Source: Eukaryota sp. GEM-RC1
Taxonomy: Eukaryota
Direction of reading: 5' to 3'
Assembly: GCA_040285855.1 (NCBI GenBank)
Contig: JAUFOQ010000006.1
Coordinates: 2,046,001 to 2,110,000, forward strand
Length of the DNA stretch: 64,000 bases
The position numbers were made by a program, and so were the translations under genes. Under the pieces are notes generated by a model, which had not been told where the DNA came from, ran no database searches, and saw only the letters and a list, made by a program, of their open reading frames with translations. Shown here one piece after another: positions 10,914 to 23,385 of this stretch. Position 1 is the first letter of the stretch. Every line of letters begins with the position of its first letter.

Positions 10914-11694
10914 CAGGGATAGGAAAAAATATATTGTATTGCAATATATTGAAATAAATTTTAAATGTGAAATAATTGTGTCTGTTAGTTATTAACTTCT
11001 GCAAATGCATTTATTTCACTGACTGATCATAAACCCCGTTTTTTTTTGAAATAAATACATTGTAATATTGCAATACATATTGCATCACTTCAGAGAGGCA
11101 ATATATTTATTGCACCAAACTCCTTCTATTGCAATATAAGCAATATATTGTAACATAACATGTTGAGCTTTCGCCTTGGATGTACCTTCAACATCCCAGT
11201 ACATCGATCTCTCCTTCATTCCTTCTACTTCTAATGCTCTTGAGAGGCTCTTCAGTAGAGCCAAACTGACTATTGGGTGTTTGAGAACCCGTCTTTCGGC
11301 CGAATCCCTAGAAAAGCAACTCTATCTACTCTATAACCGAACTCATTGGACAGCAAACACCGTAAGAACCATTGTCAACTCTCACCCTTGTTCTTCTAGT
11401 TTCGAATAGATTGTTGTTTTCAATAAACTTTCATTTATTTCTTGCTACTTCGGAAGACGATAACCCTATCATAGTTATAAACGGTAAAAGATGCATTTTA
11501 TGGATTGAAATTTAATGAAAGATCAACCAAATATGGTACATTTTTCCAACCATTATATTGCATTATATTGTAGATATTTATTGCATCACTTCAGATACTC
11601 AATATATGTATTCCAATATTCTGCTTTCAGTTGATATTTATTGGAACTTGCTTTCTATGAAATATTTGTTGCAATATATTTTTTCCTATCCCTG
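10914..11694 (+). mobile_element. Non-autonomous hAT element with hATC remnant
   Basis: TIRs CAGGGATAGGAAAAAATATATTG; TSD CTCCTGTG/CTCCTATG; ORF 11176-11409 (PSTSNALERLFSRAK..RTRLS); ATATTGCA subterminal repeats. Confidence 0.88.
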
Positions 11695-11849
11695 CTCCTA
11701 TGATTACAATTAATGTTACTTTTTGACTAATAAATCTTAATAGAATTTTGTTATCCTTCCTTTTACAAAAACGAAGTTCAAAGCACATCATTTCTTTATG
11801 GAACTAAAACAGTAATCTTACTGCCAAAACTAAAACAGAATCAATGAAA

Positions 11850-12025
11850 GAGAGATGTTTATTCGGCACCCAATAAGGTAACCTTCCTACAAACTATGAA
11901 ATTGTAAAAACAAACAAATAATACTAAGATTAAATCCAAACGACTTCATCACCACGCGGTAAAAGATTACGTTTATCAACATTAACCTTCACACCAAACT
12001 TGTACAATTTCTCAATTAATCTAGA
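11850..12025 (-). mobile_element. Short 5'-truncated retroposon 3' end (dispersed repeat)
   Basis: Near-identical to 63632-63760 and similar (inverted) to 59478-59546. Minus strand shows an ORF end, 3' UTR, AATAAA and CT-repeat tail. It interrupts one unit of a subterminal duplication of about 105 bp. Confidence 0.6.
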
Positions 12026-12296
12026 AATGTATTAGATTAAAAAACGGTTAGTCCGATCGGATCTTTCGGATCGGATTCGGATATTGAACACCAAGATCGG
12101 ATCAACTATGGAACTAAAACAGTAATCTTACTGCCAAAACTAAAACAGAATCAATGAAATGTATTAGATTAAAAAACGGTTAGTCCGATCGGATCTTTCG
12201 GATCGGATTCAGATTTCGATCAGTCAGATTCGGATCGGATCGGATTTGAGATAAAAGATCCGATTCTAAGGTCTATTTGCGTGATTAGAAAGGGGT

Positions 12297-13184
12297 TTGA
12301 TGCATCTTGAATCCCAAAAACTGTTCTTGAACCCTCTGAATGCACCTAAACCAACCAACTCAAGTCAATTACCCCTCAACTCTATGAAAACTAAGGTACA
12401 TCTCTATGTTCTTGGGTTCCATTGTTTTCTGGTTGCTGCACTAGTTTTGTTATTTGATTCCTTTCTCTCATCATGTCTACAAGACCGGCCTAAACACCTT
12501 TCCTATGCTCTTGAGTTGTACTATCTTCATTCCTTCTCCCTTCTCAGTTCTGCAGTTCTCTTTGTTATCCCCCGGGGTACCCGCTCCCATCGATTGTTCC
12601 TTGTATCATTGACTTCCTCTCTGTATCTAATCTCGTACTTCATGATGACCAATCTACGTACTGTTCTTGGTGATCTTTCCTGTTCCACAAAGCCCAATTC
12701 AATTTCTGGCCATTATCATTTCTACATTTACGTTCTTGTTATTTGCTCTCTTTTCTACGGTCCAATCTGTCTACCTACAAGTCTGGCAAATCAATTCAAT
12801 ATCCGTCAATCTTCTTCTTTTTCTGCCTTTGTTTCTCTTCCTCAATTATACTTTTCAGAACTTACTTCTTTGGCTTTCATTCTCTGGAAACAAGTTCTTT
12901 TTGGTATTCTCTTTGCACATTTTACTCTTCTTTTATTCTTTTATTGTATATCGTTTGACATTTCGATTAAACATTTAATCAGCAGGTCAAAAACGATTAA
13001 AAGGCGATGTTGTTTTGTCTTGGCGGCTTCTTGTATTCTAATATCTATTTTGAAAGTTATATTCCAATGGAGTTTGACAATTAAGCTTGTTGCTTCATGT
13101 ATGATTTTTGTCTCAATTTCAATATTTTGTTTCAATTATGTCACAAAAAACTTACAGGAACAATATTTAGAATTTCAAAAATAA
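12297..13184 (+). CDS. Multi-pass membrane protein with SGH motif (possibly PAP2/FIT-like)
   Basis: Several hydrophobic segments; NSISGHYHFY motif; true start uncertain. Confidence 0.45.
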   Translation: MMHLESQKLFLNPLNAPKPTNSSQLPLNSMKTKVHLYVLGFHCFLVAALVLLFDSFLSSCLQDRPKHLSYALELYYLHSFSLLSSAVLFVIPRGTRSHRLFLVSLTSSLYLISYFMMTNLRTVLGDLSCSTKPNSISGHYHFYIYVLVICSLFYGPICLPTSLANQFNIRQSSSFSAFVSLPQLYFSELTSLAFILWKQVLFGILFAHFTLLLFFYCISFDISIKHLISRSKTIKRRCCFVLAASCILISILKVIFQWSLTIKLVASCMIFVSISIFCFNYVTKNLQEQYLEFQK

Positions 13185-13222
13185 AACAATAAAAATAAAT
13201 AGAAATTTACATACTCAATCAA

Positions 13223-14437
13223 TCACATAGGCAACTTTCCTAATCTTTCCAGGCATCTATGGACACCTTGCTCTTCCCACTCGTGCTTATGAATCCAAAA
13301 CTCATCCCGATTCTTAGACAAATCTGCTAGTAAAGAAGCACCGGAAAACACATGATTCATTCTTTGAGGACTTCTACCGACTTCAATCTTAATTTTGAGA
13401 CTCTTGTCCTTAACTCCTTTAAGAATACGTTCCTTATAAACAGTTTTCAAGTCGTTTTCTAATCGATCGGGAAATCCAGGAAACATTGTACTTCCACCAG
13501 AGACATAGATACTTCTGTAGAACGTTGGTCGAACGTCCATTGGGGAGGCATGAATCAGATCAAAGAGCTGTTCCCCTACTCCTCCAACTTCCTTTCCAAT
13601 CAAATCTGGACGAAACAGGGGTTCAACTGCCTCGAATCTTTCACGATCAAGAGTGACCTTTTGACCGTCAGGTAGGTCATAATGACGTATCAGGGCAGTG
13701 GTTTCAGCAGCTAGAGAAGCATCTATTTCAGGATGAACGGAGCAATAGCAATGTTTCTCCTTCATGTCTCTAACCGCTTCGAAATCATTAGTTCTGTTCA
13801 ACGAGTATCCTTGACGGAGGAGGAGCTTCATTAGATAACGAGTAAGATCTCTGCCGGCAATGTCTATCCTCTTAACTAAATGATCTAACAGGCAACCTTC
13901 GTACACTGGCATTAGATGGGTAACACCGTCACCTGAATCTACTACAATTCCGGTATGTGTTCCTTGGGCAAAAAGTGTTAGTAAAGCTTGAATGAAGATT
14001 TGGGCTCGCGGAATGTTGAAATACTCAAACATCTCCTCCATCATGCGTTTTTTCGCAGGAACGGGAGTGTTAGCAGCTTCTGTTAGAAGAACAGAACATT
14101 CAGAGGGATCTACTTGTAGCTTGTTTTTAAACATATAACCATAAAGTTCTCGCATGTCATCCCAGTTTTTGACAACTCCATTTTCAAGTGGATGTGAGAC
14201 GTCTAGAATAGAAAGATGTTTCATGCAGTCGTCTCCAACAAGGATGTCAGGGATAGTGGCTGAGTCACCGAAAGATTCATCGGCACGAAGAAGAGGACGA
14301 CCAACAACAGAGGGAAATTTGTGTCGTGGGAGTTGATCACCAGCAAAACCGGTTTTTATGTACTGAAGTGAGACAAACACATGTCATACCCCAGTACCCA
14401 TATCACAAACGACGACTTTATTATTAGGTGTAGACAT
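13223..14437 (-). CDS. ARP2: Actin-related protein 2 (27-nt intron at 14363-14389)
   Basis: Exon 1 MSTPNNKVVVCDMGTG joins YIKTGFAG; VVDSGDGVTH, DIAGRDLTRYL and SGGSTMFPG motifs of Arp2. Confidence 0.95.
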
Positions 14438-14542
14438 TGAGGAAGAATGAGATTATTAGTGTGAAGAACTAAGTAGGGTAGGACAATTGAGACAAAGACT
14501 CCCGTCTCATTCACCTAACAAACTCTCTCCTTTCACTCAAAA

Positions 14543-15068
14543 ATGCACTCTGATTCCGACAGTTCTGACTTTTCTGATGATGAAGAATTAGCTCATATCC
14601 GTGAACAACGAATGGCTAAAATGAAGGCAGAGTTTGTTCATTCTTCAGTTCTCCTTTGATCTTAGACAAAGAAAGATTCAAAATCTTATTTCTCAAGGAC
14701 ATGGCTCATACAGACAAATTGATGAAGGACAGTTTCTTAAAGAAGTAACTGCTTCTCCTCGAGCAGTCGTTCATTTCTTCCATCCAGAGTTTGAAAGGTG
14801 TAAATTATTAGACCAACACTTGGATTATCTGGCTCAAACCCATGTTGAAACCAAATTCTTAAAGATTGAAGCAGCAAAAGCACCCTTCTTTGTGACAAAG
14901 CTCCAAATTCAGGTACTTCCGTGTCTTATCTTCTTCTGGAATGGAGTTGCCAAGGACAGAATGGTCGGTTTTGAGAGACTACCAAATCAGGATTCTTTTG
15001 ATACCACAGATCTTGAAAATGTTCTTATACAGAGTGGTGTGTTGGATGTTTTACCAACAGAGGAATAG
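14543..15068 (+). CDS. TXNDC9: Phosducin-like protein 3 / TXNDC9 (34-nt intron at 14632-14665)
   Basis: REQRMAKMK, GHGSY, VVHFF, RCKLLDQHL, APFFVTKLQIQVLP and VGFE motifs. Confidence 0.9.
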
Positions 15069-15343
15069 TATCTTATGTTTTTGTACCATTATTAACGGAA
15101 GGTGTTGGACAACAATTCACACTTATATCCTGTTTTTTAAAATGACCAATTTGAGTTGGAGTTATAAATGATTTTTGTATACATGTAATTATAACTCAAC
15201 AAACTGTAGTAGTATTCTGGTATTTTCTTTAGAAACACATTCAGACCCATAGTTACCAGTGATAGAAGATGATTGGCAAGGACATCACCAGATTAAGCAA
15301 TTACTAGTACGAAGGAGAAACAAAAGTTGTCAAATTTCACACC

Positions 15344-15969
15344 ATGGCTGACTCCTTAGCCCGTACTTTTGCTACTGAAAAGACAAAGTCAATTGCCCTT
15401 TCTATGCTAAAATAGGAGCTTGTCGGCATGGGGAATCTTGTTCTCGAATGCACCACAAACCGACGTTTTCTCAAACCATCCTCTTCTCCCACCTGTACAT
15501 GAATCCCAAAGCTAAACGAATTGACAAGCCTCACATTGAAAAACAAATTGAAATAGAAGACCAACGTCACTTTGATGAATTCTACGAAGACATCTTTCTT
15601 GAATTCACCAAACATGGAAAGGTGGAGACCGTCAGCGTGGTAGACAACATCTGTGACCACATGGTTGGAAACACTTTTGTCAAGTTCTCAGACGAAGACG
15701 AAGCAGCAGCCGCACTAGAAGCTGTGCAAGGAAGGTGGTACAACCAACGCCCAGTTGTCGCAGAATTCTCCCCCGTTTCAGACTTTAGAGAAGCACGGTG
15801 TAGGCAGAATGAAAAGGACAACTGTAATCGTGGTGGTTATTGTAACTTTATCCATATGAAACATCCCACTGGACAGGTGCATGACGAACTGTTAGCAATT
15901 CAAGACGATTATTGGAAAAGAAAGCTCAAAAGAGTTCTTGATGTGTCGTTTTGTGTGATTATAATGTAG
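15344..15969 (+). CDS. U2AF1: Splicing factor U2AF small subunit (no RS tail)
   Basis: [20 protein letters not shown] after restoring one A at 15378-15381; UHM domain; second CCCH finger (ARCRQ..CNRGGYCNFIH). Confidence 0.95.
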
Positions 15970-16100
15970 AAGTAATTTTAATTAATTTATATCTAGAATT
16001 GGGTTCTTCTAATGTTTTTCTAACAATCAAAAAATCCGACAGTTTAAAAAGAAAATTTCCAAATTTTTCTTAATAAATTACAATAATTTAAAATGGCCAA

Positions 16101-19041
16101 CTATATGCTTAAGCCCATTGAAAACTTCTTAATTTCCGGTACTATACAATTTTCATTCCTCGCATCACATTCCTTTAATATATAGAAACTGATCAACTGT
16201 AACTGTGGAGAAGTCAGTCCTTGTACGTGCGCCATAAACCTACTACCAAGAGCAAAGTATAGGTCAACAAAACAAAAAACAACAGTCTTTCGAACGTGAG
16301 CATCAGAATGTGAAATTTCCCCTCGTAAGCAACTGACAAAAGAGACAACTCATTACTGTACATTTGTTCAATAACAGAACCAAGGTATAACACACAAATT
16401 CCTGCTAATCGCATTGATGTAACTTTGATTGAATCATTTTCACTTGATACAATTAAAGGAATCAACAATGGAAAAACAATGTTGGAAGGTAAACAGTTCA
16501 CGAGTTCTTCTGAGCAATCATCAGCAGCATCAGAAACCTCAATCATTGGATCAGCAGTGAGCTGTATGACTTTAACCAGCACAATCTCAGCAAATTCAAC
16601 TAATAAATGAGAAAGTTCTTCACATCGAGCAATCTCTCGAATACAAAACAAAGTCAACTCTCTAACAGTAGAATCTCTGTCTTCAAATAGTCCAATCAAA
16701 GAAAGCAGCAACTGCCCAAAGAACGTATTCCAAACGTGATCAGCGACATCTTCTTTAACTAGCGTAATCACTGAAGCACAAGCTGATCTCTTCTCATCAG
16801 CATCACCTTTCAGCTTAGTAATAACTTCCTGAAAGACTGCCTTATGATCTCTATTCACCATCGGAGAATCAAAGGTCATACTTGATTGAGCTCCACTCCA
16901 CGTGTTCATTAAATGACGACCAGGTGTCTTTGGAGTAAGAGGTGCTAGGGTAGTCTTGACTTTGGATAAGAGAGGGTTGGGAGCCTGAGATTGTTCTGGA
17001 CTTTGTAAAAGTTCAGGGGAATTCCATTGACTTTCCTCTTCGTTCTCCACGTAATCAGGACTGGAGTGGGCTACTGGGGTCTCGTGATCAACTTCCTTTT
17101 CAATAGGTATAGGCTTGATCTTTTCAACTTTTTCCACAATGTTAGCTTGTCGTTGATTAGAGAACCTAAGAGACAACCTTCTTAGATTCTTAGAATGTCC
17201 TTGACTTTGATTGACTGGCAACGTCACCTCATCACTGATCTCTTCTCTTGATGACGTCTTCTCTACAGCAGAACTAGTACTTGGTCTAGGTACAGCCTGC
17301 ATTCGAACAGGTTTCCTTCTAATCGACTCCTTTGGTTTCAACTCTGAATGAGATGAATTCAACACCTCTATGTGTTCAACTTCTCCTACAGTTCCACGCA
17401 CTGGAATTGACCTATCAGATAGTCCTAAATGAGTGGCTGAGACTGGGACCATAAGATCAGCAGGAACAAATGAAGAGTAAACATAGGAAATGAACTCATT
17501 ACCAGTTCTAGTTTTAGTGTGAAATGACTTTTCAGACAGAGCAGCTTTCCGTTGATGACTGTCGATTGCGGAAAGAATGTCGTCAGCAATGCCAGGGAAG
17601 TGCTTCTCCAATAGCCAAAGAGTGGATCTAGCAGCTTGCCGGCACTCAGGTTGTGAATCGGTCAAAAAACACGTGACTGCTCCGGATAATTGATCTTCAT
17701 ACTTACTCAGAGATGGAGGTGGGTGAATAGCCAGAATAATTGACAAAAACTTGGCTACTTTCATTCGAAGTGTTGCCTGTTTAGAAGTGGTAGAATCACA
17801 AAGACCAGCAATTACCCTTGGGGATATACTTGAATGAAGTAAACAACTACGCATTGTCTGGTCAGCAGCATTCTGGATGATAGCAACAGTAACGAAACTA
17901 ATTGACAACAAGGTGGATAACAAAGATTCAAAGAAGACAACGAAGTTCTGATTGAGAGTCATTGCAGCAAGACTAACAAGAACACACGCTTCTTTAACTA
18001 ACGCAGAACGTAGATCTGATAAGGCAACCTTTAAAGCACCACTGAACTCTTTAAAACCAGCAAGAAATGCATGAGAAGGAGTGGTGGAGGACTTAACAAA
18101 GAAGTGAAACCACGATGCTATTGTCTTGAGGTGTTCACATCGATCCATCCACGGAGCTCTCTTGTTTCCTACCACTGTTCCTAGCCTAGCAAACTCTCGT
18201 TCTATTTGGTTATCAGCTGGAGGGGGAGTTCATGGGGAGGGCAAACCTAACTTGATCCACTGGCTTAACAGGAGCGCTCTGAACTCGACGATGGCCTTTG
18301 GGAGTGGCTGTTGGCTTAGCCAAGGAAATGGAAGTTGTTGATTGGGAGGGTACAAGTGATTTGGTCTTATCATAGTGAGCACTGGTCTCAATGTCTTGTT
18401 TGAGGTTGTCACGTATGTTTTGATTGGAGAGTTCAGCGAGAACGTCCTTTTTATGTGTGTTATAGAATTTAGAAATGGTTGCAACTGCATTGTCACGGAC
18501 AGCTGGCTTTCGATCAGTGAGCAGGGAAACAATGCCGGCAACAACATCACGTGATACTGATCCCCAACCTCCTTTCTCAGATTCATGGATGTCTGAACAA
18601 AGAATGATGAGGGACTCCTTGGCATTTGCATTGGGAGAGGTGATGAGGGGAGAGAGATATTCCCAGAGAGATTGGGGAGATTGGAGGGATAACATGGATG
18701 ACAGGAAAGCAATGGAAGAATCTCTGGCAGCTTGTTTGGTATCGCCGAGACGATTGACTGCTGCAGGGATGATCTTAGAAAGACGAGAGGAAATAGCAGA
18801 AGGTGTTGTGGCTACTAGAATCGATAAGCAGTCTAAAGCGCCAGAAGAAACACGAAAGTTATTATCAGAGATGCAGGTTGTAAGATTGTCGACAGTTTCG
18901 TCAATTTGATCCGAAGGCTGGAATAAGTAGCATATAGAAGAAACAAACAAGAACAGATCCGGCAGATAGAAAATCATGGAGCTCTGCAACTCCAGTAAGC
19001 TTTTCCTTTAACGAGGACGATTTAGATAAATCAAAGCGCAT
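16101..19041 (-). CDS. CLASP: CLASP-family TOG/HEAT microtubule-binding protein
   Basis: DNNFRV, RLGD.K..RD and DLRSALVKEAC motifs; C-terminal HSDAHVRKTVVFC in a shifted frame. 31-nt intron at 18918-18948; indels near 18224 and 16321. Confidence 0.88.
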
Positions 19042-19098
19042 AAGCTTGATAGGAGGAGTCGAGTTTGGCTAAGTAGAACTTTGAATTCTCACTTGCAA

Positions 19099-20872
19099 AT
19101 GCAAAGGCAATCTTATAGCCAGCCAAACAGGGGACGCAGAGGACATTTTCCTTCTAATCCCCAGAATCGTAGGGGAGGACGGCCTTATGGTCGACAGCAA
19201 CAACATCATTCTACACCTCCTCCCACATCTAGTTTTCCTCCTGGTCCTCAATATTCTAGCTTTTCTGGACCTCCGCCTCCCTGCTCCTTTAATGTACCAC
19301 CGGTATCACCTACTGCCTCAGTTACACCCAAATTCTCTGGACCCAATACTCCTGTCCTAGATCCAGTTCTTAACATTAGTATAGACGATGCTCAATTATT
19401 TTCTCTTATTCGTCAGTTTTTAATGGACTATCAGGAAGGCCCAATGTTCAAATCTGTAGTTCATCAGCTAGACGACGACCTTCGTGGTGCTAAAATCCCC
19501 GTATCACGTCATCTTGCCAAGAACAGATTAAGAACACTCCTTAGTTACTCTGCTGCGTACATGTACAACATTCCTGCCTACAACCTCCATCTCCAACAAC
19601 TAGTCAATCCTTCCCTCCAGACCACTGTCAAAGACATTTCTGCAAACGTGCTTTCTGACCCAATCACACAGTCCTTCTTAAACCCTGATATTACTGAACC
19701 TCTTGTTGTTTACCCCGGATCTCTGCAAACAGTTCCCTTGTCCAAAGTACTGTCCACTGCACCTCCCCCTTCTCATCATCATCCACCTTCACACTCTCCA
19801 CTTGTTGCTCCAGAGAAGATGGATTCTCTACTACAATCAGGGAACCTTCGAAGGTCTACTTCTCTACATGGACCACCGTTGAAGGAACCCAGGGCATCTC
19901 CTCAATCTGATACTTCATCACGTCATCAACCACGTCATCAATCACGACCAGGAAGTCTTCATCGGAAGGTTCAGAGTGATTCAATGCAGAGCTCAATGTC
20001 TTTACGACCTCTACGTGAAGTTCCAGTAAGTTCTCCTCCACTCCAAGCTTCCCCCCAAACTAAAAGAGAAGAACCAATCAAAAAGACAGAACCAGAGCCC
20101 ACGTGGGGCCCGGGAAGTAAAGCTCAGAGGGAAGCTATTCGAAAGGAGAAGGAGACCCGGACAGAAAAAGAAGATTTAGATGAGTTGTTGTACTCTGATG
20201 ATGAGTTAGAAGAAGGAAAGCTCTTCCCTCAACCTATTGTTAGTAGTAAGTTGTTATCTTTAAAGACAGATGTCCATCCTTTAGCTCCCGTTGAGACTAC
20301 TAAGAAAGAAGAAAAAACACATGATGGCCCAGGAGAAGAAAGAACTAAATGAGCAGCTAGATTTGAAGAAAGAACAGGTTCAACGAGATCTTTTGATTAA
20401 AAAGGAGGTGCCTTCTGAGAAACCAATTACCATTAAGGAGGAAGTTTTAATAAAGACAGAGGATGTGAAGCCAACAGAGGAGAGACTGACTCCAAAGGAT
20501 GAACTTGTTCCTGAACCTTCTGTTGATGTAGTTGTTGAACCACCAAAGACTGTAATTTATGGTAAGAAATCCAGTGAAACAACAGCTTCTGATAAAAAAC
20601 AAGAGCTTAAGATGAAAATGCTGGCGTCAAGATCTAAATTAAAGAAAAAGTCTACTCCAGCCTCACTTCAATCAGCATCTGTTCCTTCCCATCCATTAGG
20701 ACCTGTAAGAAAACCTCCATCGAAATCCACTGTTAAAGAGGCAACACCTTCTAAAACTTCTAAAAAACCAGAAGCCAAGACACTGGCCAAAACTATACCA
20801 CCAGAGGATGATTACGATGTAGTTTATGAGTACGAATACGACTATGATTATGATTCAGAATCCGAGTCATGA
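19099..20872 (+). CDS. Hypothetical low-complexity P/S/K/E-rich protein (one frameshift near 20315)
   Basis: Two long overlapping ORFs can be joined at an A6 run; no recognisable domain. Confidence 0.55.
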
Positions 20873-20994
20873 CAAGCTTTATTTAACTTGTGCAACTTTT
20901 AAAAGTGTTCTCTGTGTTTGATAAATTTTTGAATTTTTAAAAAATATCCGAGTTTTGGTGAATTTAATTTAATTATATGGTACAAATGTGCTAA

Positions 20995-23295
20995 TCAAAA
21001 ATCAAACGATGAATCCGATAGATCACTTAAATCGTCAAACTCGCCTGCTTTTGGAATCTCAAATGGTGGCTTTTTAAGTGGAGTAAGTGGATCCGGATCT
21101 CGTAAATTTAATTTAGCAAAATTTAATTTTTTACGGAAAGGTTCTGAGAGAGTTGCTTCTTCTTCGCTTTCAGATCCTGATTGATTTTTACCTTCCGTTT
21201 TAGATAAATCAAATGTTTGTTCTAGTTCAGGACTACTACTGCTCTTCTTTAGAGTTGGTGATAAACTGAATGACACGTCAGAAAGATCTGATAGATCTGG
21301 AATGTCGTGATTAAGTGAGCTCAATCCAAGATTTGATTTTTCCTTTGGTTTTGATTGAGGAAGTGATGGTAATGTACTACCTAGAATGTTTTTTTGGGGT
21401 TCGTGTATGTCTAAATCACTCAAATCACTGAGATCGTCACCTAACCAATCAAGACTGTCATCATTGAGGGCAATATCATCAAGAGATTGATTTTGTGATT
21501 GGATTGGTGATTTCTTGGAGTCATTTACAAATAAATCTTGTCCATCTACACTAATCATTTGCATTTGAGAGTTGTCAGGTTCAAAATCAGATTTGATTGG
21601 ACTATCATCAGCACTTTCCAAATCTGACACATCAGATGACGTTTTAACTTCTTCCTTGATCTCTTCCACGTCAGATTCTTGTTCGGATTCATGATGAACA
21701 CTTTTGATCTCTTCAACTGAACTGACTGAATTACCGTCATCAGAATCAACTTCGACTTCTGACCGTGATTCGACCTTATGATTGATCTCGACTCGTTCAA
21801 CTTCTTCATCAGAACTAGAATCTTCTTCTTCTTGATAATTATTCTCAAACTGTCGGATATTTTCACCAGCGACACTCTCATTAGAAGAAGTCACGGCACC
21901 TTCACTATCAGATAAGGCAACCTTTTCATCAAATCTTTGTTCAGGGACAAAGGACTCACCTTCTTCATCTGTTGATTCTACATTAGGCTGATTGACTTGG
22001 ACAGCAGCATCATCGACATCTGATTGACTGTGATGTGAGTGGAGGTTATTAACCTCTCGGTTGAGATTGTTGATTTTGGAAATAATAGACTGGAAAGTTT
22101 CAGGTTGATTTTGCAGTGATTCCTCAATTGTTTTCAATAGTTTTTCATGATTCTGAAGCCGACTTTCAAACTCATGTGATTGTTGATCTCTTTTTAGTAA
22201 CGATCTTTCTTGAACTGAAAATGATTCTTTTAAAGATTCTAAATCACGCCCGATTTGAGAAAGTTGGGGACTTTTTTTTAACAAATGTAGAAAAGCTGTT
22301 TCTGAGCTCCTCTTTTGAAATATTTACTAAATTTTCAAAATGAGATCCTTTTCATTGAGACTGACTTCGAGAGAGCTATGTTTCAATAAAAGATCATCAA
22401 CATCACGTAGAACTCTTGAGTGACTGTCACTCATCTGATCAATCTTATTTGATTGGCGTGATAGGTTTTCATTAAGGAATAAATTGATTTCGTTGATTTC
22501 TTTCTTGACTCGATCATCAAACTTAGCATAACAAGTACCAAGATCATCACTGCACTGTGATTGCAGCGTTTCTAACGACTTCTTAACACGACTGAGCTCT
22601 TCTTCTGACTTCTGTTGACCTGAGCTATTCTCTATTACTTTTTGATCTAATTCATTTAATCGATGATTGTTAGAATCTTGAAGTTCTGATATATCTTGTC
22701 GTATACCTGATAATGCAGGCAAATCTCCATGGGAAAACCTACTAGAAAGAGTATTTACTTGAGTAATTGTAGTGGTTAAAGACTTACTTAGAGAATCAAT
22801 TCTCGTATTTAGATTGGTAACCTCGCGTGATAGTCTGCTGATTTCTGAGCTGTCTAGCACAGTCTTCTTCAGTGGCGCAAACTCGGTTCTTACATTACCA
22901 ACAGAAGAATGTACCAGCTGACGTATAGACTCCAGTTCTGTCTCAAGATGATTCTGATGGGCATCAAAGTGGTCATAGAGGCGTTCTAGGTGAGTAGTGC
23001 ATTCGGCAATGCGTAGGTCAGTGGTTGCAGAAGTTGCACGAGAAGAAGGACGGAACTCGTAATCAATGTTGGAAGAAGTGCTGGGTCTAATGGATGAAGA
23101 CTTTGGTTCAAATTCTGGTTGAAGAGTGGAGGATGGTAGGTTAGACATTGAATGAGAGAGTCTGGAGGAAGTAAATGTAGAAGAGAGTGTCTTGCGAAGA
23201 AGGCATGGTGATACTAGAGAAGATGAAGAACGCTTGTCATTCAGATTTGCTGATGTTTGGTTTAATATAGAAGAGATTGTATTATGCCAAGACAT
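20995..23295 (-). CDS. Hypothetical coiled-coil/acidic protein (two A-run frameshifts)
   Basis: ORFs 22327-23295 and 20995-22284 are bridged by an open intermediate frame between the A-runs near 22350 and 22275. Confidence 0.6.
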
Positions 23296-23385
23296 TGAAG
23301 TGAACTTCTAGTTAAGTGAAGTTTTTCCTCATTGTCATTGGTCATTGGTGTTGTTGTTAACCACTGTTAATTGCCAATCAATCAT

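Larger units (their letters stand above)
7680..12275 (+). mobile_element. Decayed hAT transposon hosting several nested insertions
   Basis: TIRs TAGACCTTGGAATCAGATC / GATCCGATTCTAAGGTCTA; 8-bp TSD ATTGCGTG/TTTGCGTG; GGATC-rich subtermini; hATC dimerisation remnant (WKRNE..IQASSVPCERLFSRVG) at about 10680-10870. Confidence 0.85.

Noticed and set aside
12030..12260. CRISPR-like or satellite array (GGATC/CGGAT repeats)
   Set aside because: No regular repeat-spacer period; these are hAT subterminal repeats plus a local duplication.
18475..18909. Antisense ORFs over CLASP (similar ones over hydA, SDR, DPYD and the AEC gene)
   Set aside because: Shadow frames of well-supported genes on the opposite strand.
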